Positions 53,110 to 64,000 of a DNA stretch of 64,000 nt are shown in pieces. The stretch is from assembly GCF_006345805.1 (NCBI RefSeq), contig NC_042997.1, forward strand, positions 28,768,001-28,832,000, given 5' to 3'. Position 1 is the stretch's first letter. The number at the start of each line of letters is the position of its first letter. The translations under genes and the position numbers were made by a program. The notes under the pieces were generated by a model, which had not been told where the DNA came from, did no database searches, and saw nothing but the letters and a program-made list of their open reading frames with translations. Source of the DNA: Octopus sinensis (Eukaryota).

Positions 53110-54900
53110 TATACATATCGAGCCATATATAAACAACAATGCCTATTCTAATCATCCCAATAATTATGTAGATAAGATCCACAGTGACCATACTACTGAA
53201 CCCACATCATATAGTAAATTACAAAACATTGACACATAATCAATTTCTCTCAATAATATTCATTAGCAAACTTTACCAAAAATCTCAAATCCTACAACAA
53301 AAATAAACATCATTATAGTAATCTCAACAAACATGAACACCATGACCATAATAATCTCTCTAATAGAACGGTTGATAGTATTTTCTCAACTCACAAATCT
53401 CTAAAAACACTATTATTAATAAGTAAACAAAACCTAACTATACAGTCATCAAACATCGAAAACAAATAATCTAGGCGCAGGAGTGGCTGTGTGGTAAGTA
53501 GCTTGCTAACCAACCACATGGTTCCGGGTTCAGTTCCACTGCGTGGTACCTTGGGCAAGTGTCTTCTGCTATAGCCTCGGGCCGACCAAATCCTTGTGAG
53601 TGGATTTGGTAGACGGAAACTGAAAGAAGCCTGTCGTATATATGTATATATATATATGTATGTGTGTTTGTTTGTGTGTCTGTGTTTGTCCCCCTAGCAT
53701 TGCTTGACAACCGATGCTGGTGTGTTTACGTCCCCGTCACTTAGCGGTTCGGCAAAAAGAGACCGATAGAATAAGTACTGGGCTTACAAAAAAAGAATAA
53801 GTCCCGGGGTCGAGTTGCTCGACTAAAGGCGGTGCTCCAGCATGGCCGCAGTCAAATGACTGAAACAAGTAAAAGAGTAAAGAGAGAGTAAAGAGAGTAC
53901 TAAAAGCATGAAACGTACACACTAACAAATGATCTAACTTATCCCACTACATCTCATCCTCCTAATAACTCACATCACTACATAACTAATATTAATAAAG
54001 TTGGTGGTAATAATACGGAAAGAAGAAAGAGACCTATACACGTGTAAGAACGGATGACTCACTGAATACAAACAACCACGGCAATAAGGAAAAGAACAAT
54101 AATATCATTTGGATCATAATTTATTTTGCTAAACATTTAAAATCGAATTTTATTAAATCAATTTGAAATATTATTTTACTAAACTTTATGAACTCGAGAT
54201 ATTTAATAACAAAACGATTAGATTTTGATTTTCTATATCTCAAAAGATATTTTGTGATCATTTCCTCATTTAACAATAGGTAACTAAACCAATTCTACAA
54301 TAAATTATCTCCTAATATACATGTTAACCCCAATAATTCCAATAATTCCATATCTCACAACAACAACTATCAAATTCACACAACCTCAATTACCCTTAAT
54401 ACATATAGATATAACAATAGAATATCAAATAATAGTCCTAATTGTAACTGTGGAATCTCAGGTGGTTGTGTGGCAAAAGGTAACTGTAAAGCAAAAAATG
54501 TAGTATACGAAGCTACAACTATAACCCATACTCTCTATATATTTAAGTGCATTTCGTGTACGCAAAACCCTTTTAAATTACGATTAAATAACCATAAATA
54601 ATCTTGTAATCACCCTAGGAAAGTTAATAGTACAGGTCTATCACAAAAGGTTTGGCAACTGAAAAACGGCAACACAGATTACTCGATTTCTTGGAAAATT
54701 ATTTCTTCAGCTCCATCTTATAGCCATAATAACAGGATTCGTTTTTTATTCTTGGGGGAAAGTTATAATATTGTGAAAATGAATAATTCTATTTTGAATT
54801 CGAGAGAGGAAAATATTTTTTCTTCTAAACATATGTCAAAATTCCTTTTGACATATGTCAAATAATTTTCTCCATCTCATTTCCTCAAACTTGTTCTTCT
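53110..54900 (+). mobile_element. Old PLE relic (RT thumb to GIY-YIG), interrupted by a SINE
   Basis: YSNHPNNY, NNIIW, NCNCG..GCVAKGNCKAKNVVYEAT, LRLNNHK, STGLSQKVWQLK, YSISWKII. Confidence 0.7.
53473..53899 (+). mobile_element. SINE family A, young full-length copy
   Basis: Near-identical to 33-453. Confidence 0.92.
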
Positions 54901-55539
54901 TCTCGTTATTACTCCTCCTTATAATTTTGTTCTTCGTATAATACTTCCCTCTACATATTTACTACCTTTTATATATTATTTCTATCATCTATGCTCTCTA
55001 TATTAACTACCTTACAGTTCCTGGTCATTCATATGATATTCATCACCACCCGTAATATTATATGACCCTTTCCCACTTTTTTTAAACTATGAAACATATA
55101 CCGGAAATTCAAATTTCTTCCCCCTCTTACTCAATACATTTTTTTAGTCAGATCTTTTGACCACCACTTGAAATATAAACACACATATATACGTTTTTGT
55201 TGTATGTTGTATATTTTTCTCAATATATTCTAAAACACACTTCTCTCACCTATTATAATTACTACTACTTATATTATTATTATCATCATCAACTTTTGGC
55301 AATCTATTTGATATTTTTAACTCTTCCATGTTCTATTGATATACCCAATCATTCTTTAATATTTTTCGGTGTATGTTATTCTTTACCCTTTGTAATTTTA
55401 CTACTATCTCCAAAGCACATTCATACTTTAATATTAGCACCGTTTAATATATTGATATATTTTATATTATGCCCCCCCTTTTTCACTTATCACTAATATA
55501 GTTATTACTTTTACATAGGTCATATAATATAGTATTATT

Positions 55540-55682
55540 ATACATTAGTATAGGCGTATACATATGTCCATTTATACCTGCATATGCTCACATATATCTA
55601 TGTGTGTGTATATGCACGTGTGAGTGTGTATGTGTATATATATACACACATATATATATATACATATATATATATATGTATG

Positions 55683-55738
<56 letters not shown>

Positions 55739-55944
55739 TGAGTATGTGTGTGTACTTTTCATACAGATATATTTAAGTATGGTTGTATATATGTGTACAT
55801 ATATGCATGTATCTGTTTGTGTGTATGTAGGTGTATGTATGAGTCTATGCGTATGCCTGTGTATATATTTATGTATGCGTATGTATATGCGTTAATATAT
55901 GTATATATACAAACACATATATGTATATGCAAGTGTATATGTGT

Positions 55945-55981
<37 letters not shown>

Positions 55982-56070
55982 TACATTAGTATAGGCGTAT
56001 ACATATGCCCATTTATACCTGCATATGGTCACATATATCTATGTGTGTGTATATGCACGTGTGAGTGTAT
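55540..56070. repeat. Tandem duplication of an ~85-bp block separated by TA/TG low-complexity DNA
   Basis: TACATTAGTATAGGCGTATACATATG.CCATTTATACCTGCATATG at ~55540 and ~55983. Confidence 0.85.
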
Positions 56071-56251
56071 ATGTATATATATATATATATTATTAAATTT
56101 TTAATAATATATATATATATATATATATTATTAAATTTTTAATAATTTTGATATATATTTAAAATAATATAAATTAATTAATTTTATGTATTGGGTTAAG
56201 TTTTTCATTGTTTGATTTGCCTAATATTGGTTTTATCTCTAATTTAATATG

Positions 56252-56299
<48 letters not shown>

Positions 56300-56395
56300 A
56301 GAATATATGTATAAATATATGCACATATCTTTTTATATTTTCTCCTAGTTTTTCTTCGTATTTTCCTATTTTCCTGTTTTCTTTTTATAAGCACA

Positions 56396-56436
<41 letters not shown>

Positions 56437-56650
56437 GTAACATTTTGCTTATATTCGAGAGTTAAGAATTTGAATTAACTTCGCACCCAAACGAAAAAGG
56501 AAACAATTTTTACATTCACACTCCCTTTTATCACTACGTTATATAAGTCAGAAAAGTTTCTATACATATATATATATAGTTAGATATTCATATGTATGTA
56601 TGTCTGTAAATGTAACTATAATTGTATCTATATATGTCTGTGTGTATATG

Positions 56651-56705
<55 letters not shown>

Positions 56706-56930
56706 TTGGGTGTGTGTGTGTGGTGTGTGTGTGTGTGTCTGTTTGTGTGAGTGTGTGATGTGTGTGCGTGCGTGTATGCGTTTGTATATATATATATATA
56801 TATGTCACTACAGTATTACATTTCTTTTGTTCATTTCTGAATTCTTATTTCCGTTTGTTTATATTTCTAACATACCTAGCACAGTTTGCATCAAATACTA
56901 TTTCAATTCTGTATTTCTCTTAGTAGAATA

Positions 56931-56982
<52 letters not shown>

Positions 56983-57114
56983 ATATATATACACCCATAA
57001 ATAACCCTGCATAGTTAAGATGTCCTAACTGAACTTAAACTTAACTTCTCACTCTCTCTCTCTCTCACACACACACACTCACACATACACACACACTCAT
57101 ATATATACATATAT

Positions 57115-57326
57115 AGGGAAAGTTTACGAAAAAAAAACAAAAGACGAAGACAGGTGGTGTACAAAACAAACAGATGTGTTAGTATAACGCTCAGAAATAG
57201 AAAAAAGTCTTTTACGTTTCGAGCCTACGATCTTCTACAGTAAGGCACACAGAAAAAACAAGGAGAGAAAAAAGGAGAGAAGAAAGGAGAGAAAGAAAAG
57301 GAGAGAAAAAAGGAGAGAAAAAAGGA
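57115..57326 (-). mobile_element. Solo PLE terminal-repeat fragment with decayed minimal hammerhead
   Basis: Aligns to 9749-9930 (AAAAGACGAAG.CAGGTGG, TTTCGAGCCTAC). Minus strand CTGTAGA-A-GATCGTAGGCTC-GAAA-CG-TA-AAAGA at 57208-57245. Confidence 0.75.
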
Positions 57327-58325
57327 TATATATATATATATATATATTTAAACGTTATTTAATCTCTGAGCGAGCAGTAAAGAGTAGCAGTACGGAATCA
57401 TAACTTACAATCTTTTCTGAAAATATACTTTTCCGCCTCCACTATAAATCCCGCCTCCACTATAAATCTCTAATCCATAAATTAATAATGAATCTTTTCT
57501 TTTCCATTGTGAATTACTTTTCAAAATTTTATTCTAACGTTAGCAAGTATTTTTTCTTACATTTTCTCTCTAAAATTCTTTAATATTAACAACTATGCAT
57601 TTTTTCTTCCAGACGAATATAATGCTATCTAACAATAATGAAACAACCTTCCTCTATGATATTACACAGATTTATTCTTTTCCTAACCTTCGATTCTCTA
57701 GTTACTTATATACAACCACACTAATCTAGCTATACTTCTTATCCTAGATATTCTTCTTTTAGAAAACTATTTCTTTATTTTAAATTTTCACCATTCTCTA
57801 TTGTGAATATTTCTTCATTGCACACCACACATAACCGTCAAACCAAACAAGAATTGAAATATAAATTTAAATATAGCTATGATGTCCCATTGGACGCTTA
57901 TTATTTATATGTATATACTTTCATATACAAGTTTATGTACAACTACGTGCATTTGTGTATAATTTAAGTGTGTGAATATTTGTCTTTTTGTATATATGTA
58001 TATGTAAGTATGTATATGTACATGTATACTGGAATATTTGATAAACACATTATACGGAATGTTTTTCGCCACTTTAGTTATACTTATATAGTGAAAATGT
58101 CTCTTCGATGTTTCTTACATTTCAAAATATCCGATAACCAAATCAGATTTAGTCCTTATACAACTAGACTCAATACTACCTAACTATATTCTTATATTTT
58201 ATCTTTCACAATTAATTTAAATACCCGATTGAGTTATGAGACACAGACTGATTATGGTCTCCGGTAATATTCTTGTTACTACCTTTCCTGATGTTCTCTC
58301 CATCTTTTGCACTGACGAGAATGGT

Positions 58326-58706
58326 GTGGAAGTACTCCGTCGGTTACGACGATGAGGGTTCCGGTTGATCCGAATCAACGGAACAGCCTGCTCGTGAAAT
58401 TAACGTGTAAGTGGCTGAGCACTCCACAGACACGTGTACCCTTAACGTAGTTCTCGGGGTTATTCAGTGTGACACAGACAGTGACAAGGCCGGCCATTTG
58501 AAATACAGGTACAACAGAAACAGGAAGTAAAGTGAGAGAAAGTTGTGGTGAAACAGTACAGCAGGGATCACTACCATCCCCTGCCAGAGCCCCTGGAGCT
58601 TTAGGTGTTTTCGCTCAATAAACACTCACAACGCCCGGTCTGGGAATCGAAACCGCGATCCTATGACCGCGAGTCCGCTGCCCTAACCACTGGGCCATTG
58701 CGCCTC
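58326..58706 (-). mobile_element. tRNA(Arg)-like SINE family C, full length with 16-bp TSD
   Basis: Minus-strand head GGCGCAATGGCCCAGTGGTTAGGGCAGCGGACTCGCGG...GTTTCGATTCCC. TSD CACTGACGAGAATGGT at 58310-58325 and 58707-58722. Confidence 0.9.
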
Positions 58707-58977
58707 CACTGACGAGAATGGTAATGCGTACTTAAACTAATTTAATTTAACTATAATTAAAATTAATTTAATTATTCCCACGTTTCTTACATGTTGGTGT
58801 TATCATTTGAAACGATCGTATGGATGGATTAAAATTTTAGAAAACTTTTAACCACCTCACTTCTCCATCATTAATTATTAGTTGAGTTTATATAGGATTA
58901 TATCGTATAAATAATCATAACACACCTTATACTTATACATATACACGTCTTCATATATATATATACATATAAATGTC

Positions 58978-59015
<38 letters not shown>

Positions 59016-59431
59016 CATATGCATATTATTACATGTATACGTATTTATGTGCATGGGTGTGTGTGTATGTATAGACACATACATACTTGTATACACGCAC
59101 ACACACATAAGTAATTTTGCTGTCATTCGTTTGCTTTTCACAGTGATTGATCTACACACATAATATCCTGATTACAAAGGACAAGAAAATATGTTTCTAA
59201 AAAGTAATTTAATTTCATGTTTAATCTCATAAACCGAAAAGTGATTACTCAGTTGCTACTGAGATATAGTACCTTTCACTTTTCCCAGCAATGTAAGAGT
59301 ATGCTAAGATTGGTTTCAAACCTTGTCAGGAGGCCAGCAATTTCGGGTTGGGAGATATTCGACTACATTTATTTCCATACTGAACTTGTACTTATTTTAT
59401 CGAACCTTAAATGATAAAGAGCTAAGCCTAC

Positions 59432-59661
59432 CTATTTCTTTACTACCCACTAGAGGCTAAACACAGAGAGGATAAACGAGGACAGACACACGGATTAAGT
59501 CGATTATATCGAACCCAGTGCGTAACTGGTACTTATTTAATCGACCCCGAAAGGATGAAAGGCAAAGTCGACCTAAGCGGTATTTGAACTCAGAACGTAG
59601 CAGCAGACGAAATACCTCTAAGCATTTCGCCCGGTGTGCTAACGTTTCTGCCAGCTCGCCT
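59432..59661 (-). mobile_element. SINE family B, full length with 14-bp TSD
   Basis: Reverse complement of the 42471 copy. AGAGCTAAGC(C/A)TAC at 59418-59431 and 59662-59675. Confidence 0.88.
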
Positions 59662-60565
59662 AGAGCTAAGCATACCGCAGCGGTATTGGAAAATAGAAGG
59701 TAATGATGGCTGAAATGCAGCTAAGCATTTTGCCCGGTGTACTGTTTATTCTGGCAGCTCCGTGCCCTAGATTATATTAATGTTATAATGTACATTATCT
59801 ATTAATTTTAGCCTAAGTTTATAATTAGTGAATGCTAGATTCTTCATCTCTTAATCCGATATTAACTGGAAGTATTTCAATAGAATAACCATATTCATAA
59901 CGAATCAAAGACATAATGACTACTTGTGCGATTGGCATGCATGATGTAAGGATTAACATTATCTCCTCACTCCTATACGTTGTGTATATTAAAACAGTGC
60001 GTTAAGTTACAAAGAAAATGTGCAAGTTGACGTTTACATTAGGCCAGAAAGAAAATGCATACATTAACAGTTGCATTTCCTTCGTCATATTTCTGTTGGA
60101 TCAAGTTTGATATTATGTTTCAAAAACAAAGAAGAAAACAATAGTGCCAACGGCGATAGTAAGGGCACATATTGTTGTGTTGTTTACGCTTAACGCTGAT
60201 GTTTTTCTTCGCATCTTATATATGACTCTTTCCTGTTCATGAGGTAATTGTAAACAATATTGGAACAATTATCTCAGCCTGCCATACCTATTTATGTCCG
60301 TTTGTTTCCTTCAAATATTTCATGTATTTTATCAACAGGACTCCAAATATACGCAATCGTTCATTTCATGTATTTAAATATTATAGAAAAACACTTACAA
60401 AATATAATCCTAAGCGGAAAAATGCGTGGTATTATTATTCCATTATTTCAAGATAAAATATTTAATATTTTAGTGCCAACTCAATTATTTAATGATCTAA
60501 GTATTCAGAATTATATGATTGATTGATTGATTATAGTTTCAGCTCACGAGCTGTGGCCATGCTGG

Positions 60566-60608
<43 letters not shown>

Positions 60609-63600
60609 TAATTTTTTCATTTAATTTTGTTGAATGAACACATTTGCATAATAATGATATCAGAAACTAAATGTTATATCTAGTTGACAAAAGAAGGATT
60701 TTGTCTCACTTTTATTACATAAAGCTTTCCATAAAACAATTTATATGCTTTTGATCTTTGTGCACACTTAAATGTCAAGTGAAATTTAGTTTACAAAAGT
60801 AATTTCAATATAATTCTTCTAAGATTTATACGACTTCAAATTCCTGTATGACTCATGAGTGTCGAGAAACAAATTGCATTATAGAAATAGGAAACATCGG
60901 TTTCTATGAATAATTACCATTTCAAATCTTGTTGGAAACAGAAAATTGCTACCATTTTTCTCTTTCTTAATTTAATGAATATCAACATATCAGATGCATA
61001 TTTTTTCAGAAGATTAACACACTTGATTACTCAATAATTTACCGGCAGGTACTATTGTATCTTCGACGTTATGTAGGGCAAATGTTTTGGCTAAAATTGT
61101 ATGTACATACATATACACATAAGTATATGTTTTCACGTGAGCATATATATATATATTTATATATGTGCTTAAGAGTGTTTATGTGCATGCATGTTCCTAT
61201 ACTTACAGTAACTTTAGGTATCTATTTCCGGAAGAAAGACCATGTATATCATCTACACTTACTTCCTTTGCTATCTTTCATCAAGAATTTGGCGAATTTT
61301 CTGCTGTCCTTTGTACAATTATGGCGTAACATTTCCCTGTTAATGTCACCCACCAAGATTTTTAATTTTCAGTTTCTTGTTCTGCGTAGTTCTTTGAATT
61401 CATGGCTCTAATGACAACTTATTTGTCTTCGTGTCAAGGCTTATGAATTAAATTACAAATAAAAATGTGTGTCACATTGCCTGTATTAAAGCGCAACGTG
61501 AGTAATCAATTTGAAGAACATTAGCTGTAGTAACAGATATATGAAATTCATTAACGAATAGCAGCTTGCAAATCTGCGTCCAGTTTGTCAGGAACAAGAA
61601 GAGTCCATCGTTCACATGGTTACTTTTGTTGCTCTTTGTTTCAGCCATCGTCTATGACAGCAATTATGATTACAGAAGGAGAAAGTAATATATCGGAAGA
61701 ATAAAAGACATCGCATTACTGAAAAAGCTACATTAGCAATCGAACTATATTGGAGAGGATTATGCTTATATTATATTATAGCAATAAATTGATTGCAAAT
61801 ATTTTATGCTTATTTATGATTTTCTATTCCCACAGTGTACAAGTTCGTGACATCCAATATACCAGCTATTCTTAATCAACCACTTGTTAATATTGTTTGA
61901 AAGCCATTTCTCGAAAACAAACACTTCAATCAATTACAGATATTCTTTGATAATTTGATATTATCTATCGATAATATGAAAACGTTCACCAATGGGATTT
62001 TAACTCATAAATCTGTTGGAGTGTGGCAAGTAAAATGGTCACCACTAGTTCATGACACAATCAAAGAATTCTTTTTTTCTAAATGAAACATCTAAGTGAA
62101 ATTCTAATGTCATTAAATACTGTGTCGGTCACTCTTTATTTGCCAATATTTAAATAAACTTATACATGAATATAAAATTTGTATGAATGCAAATCAAAAT
62201 AATCCTTGCAATTACCTGTTGCAAACATATTTCGTTTCGCAGTCTTATGCATATGTCAGCATTCTCTCTGGGCGTTCCTATCTACGACAAAAGCCTTCGT
62301 CTGTGACTGATGGGCCTATGATATATACACAAACAATCCATCACTGTTTCAGATATGTATCCATTCACTGACTTACCACAACATACACGAATTTATCTTA
62401 AGAAATATGAGTACATTGATGATACATTTCTTAAGGTAACAGATTACCATTTGGGGAATATTGTATTATACAGTTTTAGAATTGTATTTCCAAATCAAAT
62501 GAGATGTGTTGGATTGGATTATGGAATTAAATACTATTATTCACCACATATTTGCTTTCGATTTTAAATAAATTCTAGGCATTGAAGATGCGATGGAATA
62601 CTAAGCTATAGTGTATTAAGATTAATACATCTTGGTGCTCAATTCAGATAAAGCATTAATGATTCAATAATATTAATTCATGTTTGAGACAAAATATAAA
62701 AATCTAATAAGCCAGCTACTTCTGTCAATTTATTTAACGTTTTCATATGTGCATATGGGTATGTATACTCTGTGTATGTTTGTGAGTGGGAATATGCGCG
62801 GGTGCGTGTTTCTTTACATTTTTGTATGTACACATATTATTTTATCTTCTTAAAAGAATGAAACGATGTAATGATATATAGATTATTACACGGCAGGAGT
62901 GTAAAAGATTTCGTGCTTAAGGGACATACAGCTATCTCGCGTTTGAATTCATATCACATTCTTTCTGTATAAGCGTTTATTAATTACTAAATGAAACCGC
63001 CCAGAGAACGTGGAATGCGTATTCGTAAAATCAGTACTTGTGGAAACAAGCCCGTTTTTTATTGCAATATGTACCGATGAGTGAGGAGGAAAGGCGAGAA
63101 GGAACACTTCAGAAATGTAACAGATCCTTTCCCTTTGGAAACATAAAAACAGAAGCTTCAACCAGTCAGGTAGAAACTATGGCAAAGCCTCTCATCGAAG
63201 TGATGAACAAAAGCAGAAGTGCCCTTGCCTTTCTAACCAGAGTTTCAGGGAAGCTGCATCTTGTGCCATATCTATGACCTTTACCTCATCCTATTTCCGG
63301 ACCACCGGTGAACAATACTGAAGCAGAACCTAGCAGCCCGCCATATCGTTTAACAGCAAAGGCAAACTTCCTCAAGTGCCGACATACACGCCTTTGACTA
63401 CACCACAAATATGTATTCCTTTGGAAATTGATGACCGCTTGCAACTAATTGGCAACGGGCATCATGATCATCAGTTACTTCCATATTCACAATTTTACAT
63501 TGCATATCTTGTCTGTTCCTTCCGGAGAGCTAGCAATTTTAAAAACGTAGGGGAGGCAAACCTGACAGACAAGCAAAAAAAAAAAAGGAACAGAAACTAC

Positions 63601-64000
63601 ATCAACTGGAGCAGTACAAATAGTAAACAGGAATCAGCATGGCAATGCCTATGAACGTTTTCAGGCCACCGAAAATTGTAGATAAGAGAGAGGAAAATGT
63701 ATCCAAAACTGATAATCACTCATACATTATGTAAGAATGAGTCCACTTAAATTCCTTTCACTCGAACAACAAATTAAACAGGCTAAATAGAAAGGCGGGA
63801 ACTACTCTCTCTCTTTTTTTTTCACATGGAGTCCTCCATGATTTCATAAAATGATTTCTTGTTACAGGGGTTAAACAAAAGATTATCAGAAATATAGCAC
63901 AGATTAATTTTCTCAAAACAGGATTTAAATGTCAGTGCCTATTCATGCAAAATTATCTGTGAAAATATTGTTAGCTGTTGTCTGAGTTGATTGTTCAGAT

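Noticed and set aside
58640-58706. tRNA-like sequences at SINE heads
   Set aside because: They lack a proper acceptor stem and continue into SINE bodies with tails and TSDs; not tRNA genes.
63000-63660. Moderately GC-rich stretch with 70-92 aa ORFs
   Set aside because: No recognisable domain or convincing splice structure; possibly an old transposon relic but not assignable.

Overview
Eukaryotic, AT-rich, repeat-saturated genomic DNA with one 100-N assembly gap (17322-17421). The dense (TA)n/(TG)n/(TATC)n/(ATT)n microsatellites and the tRNA-headed SINEs point to an octopus-like cephalopod; this is an inference and no database was searched. No host protein-coding gene can be established, and most ORFs in the track are microsatellite translations. 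The window is a mosaic of mobile elements: a GC-rich, frameshifted Penelope-like element (PLE, 9.7-13.4 kb, RT plus GIY-YIG), several older PLE relics, a Dong/R4-type LINE sitting in (TAA)n, RTE, CR1-like and mariner relics, a Buster/Charlie-type hAT transposon, a non-autonomous Helitron and three SINE families. The most notable signal is RNA-structural. About a dozen type I hammerhead ribozyme (HHR) motifs, from at least six sequence-unrelated repeat families, can be read from the sequence; five have an intact core. The best case is a non-coding ~480-bp tandem repeat at 15.3-16.5 kb. It carries one complete HHR per unit and is preceded by an inverted truncated copy, making it a candidate retrozyme/PLE-mobilised circular RNA of ~478 nt. 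All folds were done by eye and no activity is demonstrated.
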